Of a stretch of 64,000 nt of DNA, positions 19,305 to 28,732 are shown one piece after another. Source of the DNA: a virus; IMG/VR virus record IMGVR_UViG_3300045988_182214; one strand, given 5' to 3'. The notes beneath the pieces are model-generated. The model saw only the letters and a program-made list of their open reading frames with translations. It made no database searches and was not told where the DNA came from. The position numbers were made by a program, and so were the translations under genes. How positions within the stretch are numbered: the stretch's first letter is position 1; each line of letters begins with the position of its first letter.

Positions 19305-19922
19305 ATGTTAAATGTAATAAGCACATGTTTAGGCTGCTTAGGGGTTATCATTGTTGTTACAGGTTTTTTTAATATACTTGGATCGGTTTTAAATGATGAT
19401 GAGTCAGGAGTATCTAGTGGAGTTGGTAACTGTATAGTGGGGACAATCTTGATTTTTTCAAGATTTATATTTTCTATTTTAATTTCAATTTTAAGAACCG
19501 AATATAATACTTCACAAACAGATTCGGAATGTACTACAGAAGCTACAGAAAATATTGGAAATAGCGTAGCAGATGTTTTAACTAATATTCCGATTAAGGG
19601 TATATTAATTTGTATAGGTATTTTTATAGTTATTGTTATTGCAATAATAGTTATTGGTAATATAATTCGTAAGAATAATGAAAAAAGAAAAACTGAAAAG
19701 GAAAAAATGGAGCATGTTCTTAAGACATCATTATCAGATCTTGTAAATGAAGAATTAGAAAAAGCTGATTATGCTAATAATAATTCTCAGAATTTAAGAA
19801 CTGATTTTGATGAATATGTAGATTCTTTGGCAAAAAAGTATGATACAGAAAAGCAAAAATCATATAAAATAAATGATAAAAGAAGTAAATATCAGCAATC
19901 AATTAATTTAAATAAATTTTAA
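19305..19922 (+). CDS. membrane protein
   Basis: SD AAGGAG; 3-4 TM helices; Lys-rich C-terminus. Confidence 0.55.
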   Translation: MLNVISTCLGCLGVIIVVTGFFNILGSVLNDDESGVSSGVGNCIVGTILIFSRFIFSILISILRTEYNTSQTDSECTTEATENIGNSVADVLTNIPIKGILICIGIFIVIVIAIIVIGNIIRKNNEKRKTEKEKMEHVLKTSLSDLVNEELEKADYANNNSQNLRTDFDEYVDSLAKKYDTEKQKSYKINDKRSKYQQSINLNKF

Positions 19923-19935
19923 TAATTAATAAAAA

Positions 19936-19968
19936 ATAGGATTTACAAAAAACAAGTCCTATTTTTTG
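19936..19968 (+). terminator. candidate terminator
   Basis: ATAGGAT ... GTCCTAT followed by T6. Confidence 0.4.
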
Positions 19969-19978
19969 TTTATTTTTA

Positions 19979-19992
19979 TTTTTCTGTCATAT
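19979..19992 (+). promoter_or_regulatory. promoter-like motif TTTTTCTGTCATAT
   Basis: 41 nt upstream of ATG 20033. Confidence 0.55.
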
Positions 19993-20032
19993 GTAATTTG
20001 TATTAAATAAAAAATAAAAGGAGGACTTAATC

Positions 20033-21082
20033 ATGAGAATAAACAAGATTAAGACTAATGTAACAGTATTAAACAAGGTAGACCGTAAGAATTACCAGAT
20101 AATTAATATTGATGGTTCAGGTGATTCCATTAAAGGAACTGCCAAGTTAATCAAGGAGGATGGTTCACTTGATGCTTCGGTTACTGCAGTAATTACAGCT
20201 AATAATGCAATAGCTTACAAGTTGATTGATGATCCTAATATTCCAGATGTTCCAACTGGATATACTGTAGAAAATGGAATTTTGCTTAAGAATGGAGTCC
20301 CTGCTACAGAACAGGGTTCACTTGTAATTAATAGTATTATTGCAGGTGTTGCAGGAAGACTTATTTTATCTGTTGAACCAAGAGAACCAAGAGAAGGTTA
20401 TTTCGATATTATGTCATATACAGTTGAGTCAGATAAGTTTAATAAGCTTATCAGAAGATCTATTCCAGAAGTTACAATCATTGCTTCTTCTGAGAATAAG
20501 ATGCAGTTATATATGACATATTCAAGAACTTATACTAAGGATAAGAAGCTTGAAGATGGAACTATTGAAACAGATAATATCTTTGATGCTGCAGCAATCA
20601 TGTTATATGATGTAATGTCTGATGCAGTTGTTGATCATGTTTCTTTTGCGGAGCCAATTAAGGCTGTAGATTCTGTTAAGGCACCTAATGAAACAATTTT
20701 CGCAATTGAAGCAGATACAGTAGTCGATTCTGACGGAATTATCAAGGAAGATGATTATATTACATTAAGATTTGTTGCTTCTGAAAGCCATTCATTAAGT
20801 CTTTATAAGACAACAGCAATTGACAGTGTTCCAGAATCAATTTCAAAGGGATATAACGCAAGTCTTATTAAAGCTTCTTCAGGCAAGTGGTATATTAATG
20901 ATATCACATATAAGATCCCAGATAAGATAGTTGCTGAGCTTGCAGGTTATAATGTAATTGTGGATATTACATCTAAGGATCATGTTACAAGAATTTCTCT
21001 TGCTAATACAAATACTATGGAGATAAAGACTCTTGTTATTTCTGAAACAAGAGATAGAGGAGACATTATAACCATAGAGTAA
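20033..21082 (+). CDS. hypothetical protein, tandem paralog A
   Basis: SD AAGGAGG; N- and C-termini are homologous to the ORF at 21215 (MRINKIKTNVTVLNKVD... / ...VTRISLAN...EIKTLVISETRDRGDIITIE). Confidence 0.6.
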   Translation: MRINKIKTNVTVLNKVDRKNYQIINIDGSGDSIKGTAKLIKEDGSLDASVTAVITANNAIAYKLIDDPNIPDVPTGYTVENGILLKNGVPATEQGSLVINSIIAGVAGRLILSVEPREPREGYFDIMSYTVESDKFNKLIRRSIPEVTIIASSENKMQLYMTYSRTYTKDKKLEDGTIETDNIFDAAAIMLYDVMSDAVVDHVSFAEPIKAVDSVKAPNETIFAIEADTVVDSDGIIKEDDYITLRFVASESHSLSLYKTTAIDSVPESISKGYNASLIKASSGKWYINDITYKIPDKIVAELAGYNVIVDITSKDHVTRISLANTNTMEIKTLVISETRDRGDIITIE

Positions 21083-21163
21083 TTGATATTAACGGAATTC
21101 TCTATAATTAATTTAAAAAGTAGGGTTAAGGCATGTATATGCTTTAATCCTATTTTGTTTTAT

Positions 21164-21177
21164 TTTTTCTGTCATAT
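21164..21177 (+). promoter_or_regulatory. promoter-like motif TTTTTCTGTCATAT
   Basis: 38 nt upstream of ATG 21215. Confidence 0.55.
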
Positions 21178-21214
21178 TTTATTTGAATAAAATAAAAAAA
21201 GGAGATTTTTCATT

Positions 21215-22366
21215 ATGAGAGAAAACAAAATTTTAGAAAATGTAACAGTATTAAACAAGGTTGACAACAGACAGTATTTAATTACATCTGTTACCGATGG
21301 CGTAGGAACGGCTTGTCTTTTAGAAAATGGTGAAGTAAACGAAGATATATCTGTCATGATATCATCATCTAACGCAATTGCTTTTAGACTTATCAGCAAT
21401 CCTAATATTCCAGATATTCCAGATGGATATTCAGTAGAAGACGGAATTTTACTTAAGGATGGTGTTGCTGCTACACAGCAGGGTTCACTGGTAATTAAGA
21501 GTATCGTTACATCTGTTCCAGGTAAGCTTTTATTAGCTGTATTGCCTAGAGAAAACACAACAGAACATGATGATTATATTGATTTATTTGCTTATAAGCC
21601 GGATGAGGATAAGTTTAAGAAACTTATTCCAGTTTCAATTCCAATGCCGGAAGTTATAGGTGTATGTGACAAATATGTGATACTAAAGACTTCCTATACA
21701 CACTTTGAAACAAAGAAGGATTGTAATGGAAAAGATATTTTCGCTGAATATTTTGATAATGCTGAAATTATCGTTTATGATGGTGCAAAGAATTATATTT
21801 CAAGTTATTTAATGCTTGACGCACCAATAAATAATGTCATTACTGTAAGAAATTCAATGAATGTACCTACATGGGTCATTGAATATACAGAGCAGGTATG
21901 TAATAATAATTATTATAATCCTAATTGTGATTGTGGTTATGACTGCGAAAATGATTGTGGAGATTATGATGAATGCAATAATTGTGACTATCATTTAGAT
22001 ACAATTACTAATACTAAGGAATTAATCGAGATGGATCATATTAAAGCAGAAATGATTGCTCTTAATGGTGGTACATTAATGAGGCTCAATAGCATTAATA
22101 TCCCTTCACATATTAAATCTGTTTCAATTGGTTGGAATAGTGCTGATTTTATCAGACTTGAAGACAGAATTATGATTGGAGAGTATGTTGATAAAATCAT
22201 TACTGATTCAAAGATAATGTCTGCAGTTGAAGGATATGATTGGATTGTCGATACAAGTAAGGAAGATAATGTAACAAGAATTGCTCTTGCAAACGACAAT
22301 ATGGAAATCAAGTATATTGTTATTACTGAAACATCAGATAGAGGAGACGTTGTTAAGGTAAAATAA
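21215..22366 (+). CDS. hypothetical protein, tandem paralog B with Cys-rich insert
   Basis: Homologous ends with 20033..21082; insert CNNNYYNPNCDCGYDCENDCGDYDECNNCDYH. Confidence 0.6.
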   Translation: MRENKILENVTVLNKVDNRQYLITSVTDGVGTACLLENGEVNEDISVMISSSNAIAFRLISNPNIPDIPDGYSVEDGILLKDGVAATQQGSLVIKSIVTSVPGKLLLAVLPRENTTEHDDYIDLFAYKPDEDKFKKLIPVSIPMPEVIGVCDKYVILKTSYTHFETKKDCNGKDIFAEYFDNAEIIVYDGAKNYISSYLMLDAPINNVITVRNSMNVPTWVIEYTEQVCNNNYYNPNCDCGYDCENDCGDYDECNNCDYHLDTITNTKELIEMDHIKAEMIALNGGTLMRLNSINIPSHIKSVSIGWNSADFIRLEDRIMIGEYVDKIITDSKIMSAVEGYDWIVDTSKEDNVTRIALANDNMEIKYIVITETSDRGDVVKVK

Positions 22367-22400
22367 TAAAATAATTAACAATTAAATAATGTGCATTTAT

Positions 22401-22435
22401 ACACCAGTTGACTAATCTCAACTGGTGTATTTTTT
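22401..22435 (+). terminator. rho-independent terminator
   Basis: ACACCAGTTGA ... TCAACTGGTGT followed by T6. Confidence 0.75.
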
Positions 22436-22444
22436 CTGTCATGT
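22431..22444 (+). promoter_or_regulatory. promoter-like motif TTTTTCTGTCATGT
   Basis: 34 nt upstream of ATG 22478. Confidence 0.5.
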
Positions 22445-22477
22445 ATTAATTATAAAATTTATAAAGGAGGAAATTTA

Positions 22478-24271
22478 ATGTCAATGTTTGAACATGTAAA
22501 AATTGGAGAATTAACAAAAAAGGTTATTGAGTCAGGAGTTACAGTGTGTGAACATAACCATCCAGGAGGCTCTTTGTTTGATGCCGTAGATGAACCTAAA
22601 AGTTATTTAGATGCTGCATTTAATGCAGGATATACTAAATTTGCTGTTACGGACCATGCATCATTTTCAGCAATGCAAACATGTATTGATTACGCTAAGA
22701 AAATAAGTACTGAGGAACATCCATTTAATATCATTTATGGCGTAGAGGCTTATATTGAAGTGCCACCATTTAAGATAAATGAACAGATTGGCCATATGAT
22801 TATGTTAGCCACTTCAGAAAGAGGCAAGCATATTATTGATAAGTTAAATTCTAAGGCTTCTGAAAAAAGAATGGGAAAGCCTGTTATTACAATATCAGAT
22901 TTAAAGAAATATAACTTTAACGGTGATATAATAGCAACTTCAGCTTGCGTTTCGGGTGCACCAGCTCTGCAATTATTATCAGATGATGTTTTGGATAAAA
23001 TGATTAACAGAGAAAGAAAAGCACAGCAGCATACTACTGAAAAAGACGAGCTAGTTATACATGATTGTATAAGTCCTGATGATAAAGAATATCTTTCAGC
23101 TAAAGATGAATTTGAAAGGGTATCGGCAGATTTAGATGAATTGATTAATATTCGTGATTCCAAGGAACTTAAATCAGAAAGAACACAGATTTCAAGAAAA
23201 TTAAGAGATGCAAGAAAGTGTTTAAATGATGATGATCCAGAGCTTATTAAACTGATTAACGAATATGAGGAGATAAATAATAAAATTCTGGAAGCTAAAG
23301 ATAAAATTCCTAATGTCAGAAAATTAGTTAATGCTAAGAAAGCCGAGTTGAAGGATATAAGTCTTAAGGTAGAGGAATACATTAATCATGAAAATAAGAT
23401 ACAGCATTATGAATCATTAAAGAAAAGCCCAATAGAATTAATGTCTGAAGCAGAAAAGACAATGCTTTTTTATCAGGAAATTTTTGGAGCAGGTAATTAT
23501 TACATTGAAGTTCAGAATCATGGGCTTGAAATGGAAAGCAGAACATATCCTGTGTTAGCTCAGTTAGCAAGGAAGCATAATATTCCATTAGTTGCTGCTA
23601 ATGATGCACATATGGCAGATAATTCTGATAGAAGTATTGATATGCGTAATGTAGCTAAATTTTTAAGATTTATTAAGATAAGTGAGTCGGAATCAGATAA
23701 AGAGTTATATGTAAAGACACCTTATGAACTTGCTCAGGCCTTATCAGCTATATTAACAGATGATCAGGTTGCAGAAGCACTCAATAACTTAAATGTAATT
23801 GGAAAAAGATGTGCTTATATTCCAGAAAAATCTAATCATTATCCAGTATTTGATAAGAATAAGGATTCAAACGAATTATTAAGATCTGAAGCAATTAAGG
23901 GAATTAATTGGAGATATCCTAACGGAAAAGGATGGGATGAAGAACATCAGAAACGAATGGAATACGAACTTAATATTATCATTCAGATGGGCTTTGCCGA
24001 TTATCATTTAATTGTAAAGGACTTCCTGGAATATGGAAGAATTTGTGGATTAGTACCTATGGATAAACTATCAGAAGTACCTTTAACAATTGAAGGTGCA
24101 AAAGAGTATGTTAAGGCTCACAATTATAATACCGGAATTGGAATAGGCATTGGAAGAGGTTCAGGTGCCGGTTCATTGGTTACATATTTACTTGGTATTA
24201 CCGGAATTGATCCATTTAAGTATAATCTGATTTTTGAACGATTCTTAAATCCAGAAAGAGTAAGTATGCCT
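22478..24271 (+). CDS. dnaE: DNA polymerase III alpha subunit (DnaE-type), exon 1 (PHP domain to ERVSMP)
   Basis: PHP motifs [10 protein letters not shown] and AVTDHASFS; ...[40 protein letters not shown] aligns with E. coli DnaE up to the residue just before the catalytic PDFDVDF. The continuous ORF then runs into intron sequence and stops at 24319. Confidence 0.85.
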
Positions 24272-24696
24272 AAATATATTGGGCGTTCAGCGTGGACTCT
24301 AACTCAGAGGTGTGCTTAATATTTTATTATTAAGTGCTAACGGTAGAAGTTGAATAAGACTGCTATATAAAGTGTCACAACAGGATATATAGCTTAACCC
24401 ATAGACGAAGCAGCTTCGTAAGAGAACCTACGGTCCTAATATTTTTATATAAAAGATATTGAAGGATAGCAGGCGATACCGTGCTAAGATTATAAATAAT
24501 ATTATATAAATAAAAAATTGTTCGTATATAATATTATTTATTTTAAAGTGTAACGACTATCCTTTTTAAGGAGTACAACTGAGAATGGTTACAGTTGGAA
24601 GTGCGTTGAAATATAATATTAATAATATTATATTGAGATATAGTCTAATCCCACTTATACAAGTGTTAAAGTACTACGAAAGTAGGGGTATATTTG
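24272..24696 (+). ncRNA. putative group I self-splicing intron in dnaE (no ORF)
   Basis: Splitting at 24271/24697 restores ...ERVSMP|DIDSDLALG..., colinear with E. coli ...ERVSMPDFDVDF. The upstream exon ends in U and the intron ends in G; GAGATATAGTCT (S-element-like) pairs with an upstream AGACTG for a P7; the intron looks GC-richer and more structured than its surroundings. Confidence 0.6.
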
Positions 24697-25452
24697 GATA
24701 TCGATAGTGATCTTGCTCTTGGAGTAAGAGAAAAGACAATTGAGTATGTAAGAGCTAAATATGGTAGTGAAGCTGTTGTTGGAATTATTACAGAATCAAG
24801 ACAGCAGGCTAAAGGTGCTATCAGAGATGCTGCAAGATATTATGGAAAGAAAGCCTATGATGATGAAAAGAAATTCTTATCTTTAGGAGATCAGATTCGT
24901 AAGAAAGTGCCTGCTAAAGCAACTAATTTTGAAGATATTGTTGGCATGAAAGATACTAATAGGGTTGATGAATTAGGCATTAATATTCAGGACAGCGTTT
25001 CTTTGTTAGATTTTTTAAAGGATGAATATAATAGTAATCCAGATGCTATTTCTATTCTTAATATTGCAGCTCATTGCGAAGGTATGCTTACGACATACGG
25101 ACAACATGCCGCAGGTGTTATTATTTATGATAGTAATGATGTTACTGATTATATTCCTATTAGAGATGGAAAAAAGGGAATTAAAACTACAGAAATGGAC
25201 ATGATTCAGTGCGAAGCTAATGGATTATTAAAAATGGATTTTCTTGGATTAAAAACTCTTACAATTATTACTGACACACTCAGAATGATTCAGAGAGATA
25301 CAGGAGAAGTAATTGATGTAATGAATATTCCATTAGAGGGTCCTAAAGCTGATAAGGTATACAAAGAAGTATATGCAAAAGGAAGAACTAAGAATGTTTT
25401 CCAGTTTGAGTCAGCCGGTATGAGGAATAACCTTAAGAAGTTATGCTCATAG
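24697..25452 (+). CDS. dnaE: DNA polymerase III alpha subunit, exon 2 (palm/fingers, ends ...FQFESAGMRNNLKKLCS)
   Basis: DIDSD catalytic aspartates; GQHAAGVIIYD; LKMDFLGLKTLT; VFQFESAGM matches E. coli VFQLESRGM. The reading frame ends 4 codons after the point where the homologue continues. Confidence 0.85.
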   Translation, partial: DIDSDLALGVREKTIEYVRAKYGSEAVVGIITESRQQAKGAIRDAARYYGKKAYDDEKKFLSLGDQIRKKVPAKATNFEDIVGMKDTNRVDELGINIQDSVSLLDFLKDEYNSNPDAISILNIAAHCEGMLTTYGQHAAGVIIYDSNDVTDYIPIRDGKKGIKTTEMDMIQCEANGLLKMDFLGLKTLTIITDTLRMIQRDTGEVIDVMNIPLEGPKADKVYKEVYAKGRTKNVFQFESAGMRNNLKKLCS

Positions 25453-25505
25453 TGAATAGTTAATTGAATATTTTGTATTAAAACGCATGTCATTATGATG
25501 TGCGT

Positions 25506-25519
25506 TTTTTCTGTCATAT
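25506..25519 (+). promoter_or_regulatory. promoter-like motif TTTTCTGTCATAT
   Basis: 38 nt upstream of ATG 25557. Confidence 0.55.
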
Positions 25520-25556
25520 TTCTTTTAAATTATAATAAATAAAGGAGAACAATATT

Positions 25557-25793
25557 ATGGAGAAAAATAATAAAACTCTTATGCAACGGTTTATTGAGGC
25601 TGGATATTCTGCAAAAGATATATTTCACCATGAATCAGATTTATATGTATTTGTCACACCAATTACTACTAGAGTTATTAATGAATGGTGTAAGGAAACA
25701 GGATTTGATAAGGATTGGCATTGCCCTATATTCACAGATCAGATAACTGAGAAACAAATGTATGATTGTGCATTCCAATACTATACTGAATAA
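25557..25793 (+). CDS. hypothetical protein
   Basis: SD AAAGGAG; first gene of the 5.67-kb insertion in dnaE. Confidence 0.45.
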   Translation: MEKNNKTLMQRFIEAGYSAKDIFHHESDLYVFVTPITTRVINEWCKETGFDKDWHCPIFTDQITEKQMYDCAFQYYTE

Positions 25794-25820
25794 AAATAAA
25801 TAAAGTTTAAGGAGAAAAAT

Positions 25821-26453
25821 ATGGCAATATTTCATGAACATTTACAATACCATCCAGACACAGTAGAGAAACATAAAATTACAGATAAAGAAATCAAATT
25901 TTTGTCTGATTTGCAGCATGAATTAAATACACAGGACCATGTAGGACAAGCTGATCCTCGATTTTGGGTTATTATGGGAAAAGAAAAGTGTATTGTTCCA
26001 GAAGGATATGAAGACGGTGTAACATTAATAGATAATGAGGCAGTCGAAGAAATTGCTGATAATATTGATGATGCAATTGTATTTTTTAATAAGGAATTTG
26101 AAGAAAACGGTGATGCTTGGGTTATTTCAAAAGAATATGATGGATATTATGTTACATCAAAAGAAGATAATGATTACGAGGAATGTTTAGCTGATCTTGA
26201 TGATTTAAAGACTTGGTTGAATGAGCATAATTATGGCAGATATACTTTCACCTGTTATGCATATAGAGATAAAATTTATGAAAACACAATGTTTTTAACA
26301 GAAAAGGCAGCCGCTGAACATCTAAAGGCAAATCGTTATCATTACGATGAGTACGCTCATACCTATGCTATGACTGCATGGAGAAGTCCTGAAGTAGAAG
26401 ATATCATTAAGATTTTACAGTCAGTAGATTTTTCTGCTATTGTTAGAAAATAA
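25821..26453 (+). CDS. hypothetical acidic protein
   Basis: SD AAGGAG upstream. Confidence 0.5.
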   Translation: MAIFHEHLQYHPDTVEKHKITDKEIKFLSDLQHELNTQDHVGQADPRFWVIMGKEKCIVPEGYEDGVTLIDNEAVEEIADNIDDAIVFFNKEFEENGDAWVISKEYDGYYVTSKEDNDYEECLADLDDLKTWLNEHNYGRYTFTCYAYRDKIYENTMFLTEKAAAEHLKANRYHYDEYAHTYAMTAWRSPEVEDIIKILQSVDFSAIVRK

Positions 26454-26461
26454 AAGAATGA

Positions 26462-26520
26462 TATTATCGCAATTAAGCAAAAAACCCCAACCGACAATAG
26501 CCGGTTGTGGGTAGTTCAAT
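26462..26520 (+). repeat. dispersed structured element, copy 3 (intercistronic, upstream of the NTase gene)
   Basis: TATTATCGCAATTAAGCAAAAAACCCCAACCGACAATAGCCGGTTGTGGGTAGTTCAAT; hairpin CAACCGAC/GCCGGTTG. Confidence 0.6.
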
Positions 26521-26541
26521 TACAAGGATAGGAAAGAGAAT

Positions 26542-27531
26542 ATGATAAATAAAAATATATTAAATATGCCTGAGTATTCATTTTTAAAGGAAAATCAAAA
26601 TTTAGATAAGAATATTTGTATACTTGGATTAGGTGGTAGCAGAGCATATGGGACAAATCTTCCAGAAAGCGATATTGATATAAGAGGAGTTGCTGTTAGA
26701 AGAAAAGAAGATATCTTGTTAGGTAATGATTTTGAAAATTTTGTAGATGTTAATACAGATACAACTATTTATAGTTTTGACAAAATTATTGAATTATTAA
26801 CTAAATGCAATCCAAATACTATTGAATTTTTAGGATTAGATGCAGATGATTATATTTATAAAAATGAAATTGGGGAATTATTATTAAAAAATAAAGATAT
26901 TTTTTTATCAAATAGATGTATCAATACATTTAGTGAATATGCATTGCAACAGTTATATCGTATGCAGCAGAAGACCAATGCTGCTTTAACGGAAAAAGAA
27001 TTAAATAGACACATTTCTGGAGTGCTTAATAATATGTCCAAGAAAATGAATGATAAGTACAATTTAGATGAAAATAATGTGTCTTTTTATTTGGTTGATG
27101 GCAAAATCAAATGTAATATTATTGCAACACAGTGTTCAATGGAAGATTTGTCAGGAATGCTTTCAGAATTTAATAACACTTTAAGAGATTACCGGAAAAC
27201 AAGTAAAAGGAATGAACATGCATTAAATCATGGTAAAATAGCAAAACATAGTATGCATTTACTTAGATTATATATGATGGGAATTGATTTAGTTTCTGAA
27301 GGGAAAATTCAAACGAAAAGAATTAAAGAACATGATTTGTTGATGGACATTAGAAATGGTGTATATCTTGATGAAAATGGAATCCCTAATAAACATTTTT
27401 TCAAAATAGTAGATGAATACAAGAATAAGTTTGAAAATGCATGTAAAAACTCTGTATTGCCAGATGAGCCGGATATAGACAAAATCAATAAATTTAGAAT
27501 GGAAATCAATGAGAAAATTGTAAAGTTATAA
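26542..27531 (+). CDS. polbeta-superfamily nucleotidyltransferase (COG3541-like)
   Basis: LGLGGSRAYGTNLPESDIDIRGV fits the hG[GS]x9-13DhD NTase motif. Confidence 0.6.
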   Translation: MINKNILNMPEYSFLKENQNLDKNICILGLGGSRAYGTNLPESDIDIRGVAVRRKEDILLGNDFENFVDVNTDTTIYSFDKIIELLTKCNPNTIEFLGLDADDYIYKNEIGELLLKNKDIFLSNRCINTFSEYALQQLYRMQQKTNAALTEKELNRHISGVLNNMSKKMNDKYNLDENNVSFYLVDGKIKCNIIATQCSMEDLSGMLSEFNNTLRDYRKTSKRNEHALNHGKIAKHSMHLLRLYMMGIDLVSEGKIQTKRIKEHDLLMDIRNGVYLDENGIPNKHFFKIVDEYKNKFENACKNSVLPDEPDIDKINKFRMEINEKIVKL

Positions 27532-27537
27532 AATTAA

Positions 27538-27567
27538 ACTGGTTACTATTAGTAGCCAGTTTTTTTA
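27538..27567 (+). terminator. rho-independent terminator
   Basis: ACTGGTTACT att AGTAGCCAGT followed by T7. Confidence 0.65.
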
Positions 27568-27581
27568 TTTTTCTGTCATTG
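27568..27581 (+). promoter_or_regulatory. promoter-like motif TTTTCTGTCATTG
   Basis: 35 nt upstream of ATG 27616. Confidence 0.5.
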
Positions 27582-27615
27582 TATTATTATAAAATTTAAA
27601 AAGGAGAATAAAATT

Positions 27616-28074
27616 ATGAAAACTAATGCATTTGAAATTAAGGAAAACAACTTAGAAACAGTAAATGATATGATAGAGGCACTATTGGAAGTGCCTAAGA
27701 ATTATTTACTGCATCCATTAGGACAGAAATGCGCAATTGCAGTTGATAATTACCATAAATGTGTATATTTAGACGATCCTAATATGATGAGCGAGTTTAA
27801 ATATGAATTAGAAGAAGATATAAAAGAAAATGATGATTGGGATGGAGAAATCCCTGACGACAGTGATAGCCTTGAAAGATTTTCATTTTATTATGTTTGG
27901 ATAGGATATGAGTCAGATTGCGGAGACAATTCAGGAGAATATTCATATTTTTTAAATGAGGATATGGCAAATGATTTCTTTGAATCTTCTAAAAATACTG
28001 ATAAAACATTAGGAACTGCTTCATTTATAAACGGCAGATTAGAACCTGTTAAAGTTATAAAAAGTACATTGTAA
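27616..28074 (+). CDS. hypothetical acidic protein
   Basis: SD AAGGAG upstream. Confidence 0.5.
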   Translation: MKTNAFEIKENNLETVNDMIEALLEVPKNYLLHPLGQKCAIAVDNYHKCVYLDDPNMMSEFKYELEEDIKENDDWDGEIPDDSDSLERFSFYYVWIGYESDCGDNSGEYSYFLNEDMANDFFESSKNTDKTLGTASFINGRLEPVKVIKSTL

Positions 28075-28089
28075 AAAGAAAGGAATTTT

Positions 28090-28359
28090 ATGAAAACTTT
28101 AAATATTATAAATAACTTTATTAAAACTTCAGAATCAGAAACAGAAAATAATATGTTGAATATCATTAAAAATACTTTAATAAATGAGATTTCAGAAGCT
28201 TCTAAAGAAGTTTCTGAGGCGAGTTGGTTGACTGAAAGTACATATGATGACGATGGATATTCTAACGATGATGGCGAGGAAGTTATTTATGCAGATACAG
28301 CAGTTAATATAATTGAAAGCGTCATATATGATAATTCTGATGAAAATAATAACAACTAA
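28090..28359 (+). CDS. small acidic protein, paralog of 48357..48608
   Basis: MKTLNIINNFIKTSESETENNMLNIIKNTLINEISEASKEVSEASWLTESTYDDDG... versus MKTLNTINELIEKAESENERRILDTVKNTLIGEVKEASNEMSACSWWTGATYDDDE... Confidence 0.5.
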   Translation: MKTLNIINNFIKTSESETENNMLNIIKNTLINEISEASKEVSEASWLTESTYDDDGYSNDDGEEVIYADTAVNIIESVIYDNSDENNNN

Positions 28360-28371
28360 GGAGAATAAATA

Positions 28372-28629
28372 ATGATAATAATAAGAAATGGTAAGGAAAT
28401 AAAATTAACAGATGATGAGATTTATAAGGCTCATAAGGAATTTGTTTCAACATGGATGATTAATACAGCTAAAGAAATTATTCAGCCTCAGTATCATTCT
28501 GATATTACTGAGAATGATTATATTGATATTGGTGAAGCAGCTTATGATACTTACGCAGAAGGTAATGGACTTACTGAATATGAAGCTGTTGAAGATGCTG
28601 TGGAAAAATTCTTAAGTGAAAGAAATTGA
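28372..28629 (+). CDS. hypothetical protein
   Basis: SD AAGGAG upstream. Confidence 0.45.
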   Translation: MIIIRNGKEIKLTDDEIYKAHKEFVSTWMINTAKEIIQPQYHSDITENDYIDIGEAAYDTYAEGNGLTEYEAVEDAVEKFLSERN

Positions 28630-28687
28630 ATATTTTTCATAACTGAATAAGATTTTTTGAAAGCGGGAGACTTATGTTTTCTGCTTT

Positions 28688-28701
28688 TTTTTCTGTCATA
28701 A
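28688..28701 (+). promoter_or_regulatory. promoter-like motif TTTTCTGTCATAA
   Basis: 32 nt upstream of ATG 28733. Confidence 0.5.
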
Positions 28702-28732
28702 ATATATTAAAAATTATAAAGGAGAAAAATTA

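Noticed and set aside
24272-24696. Group II intron or homing-endonuclease-containing intron
   Set aside because: It is too short for a group II intron (425 nt). It lacks the GUGYG 5' end and domain V, and has no ORF longer than about 20 codons.
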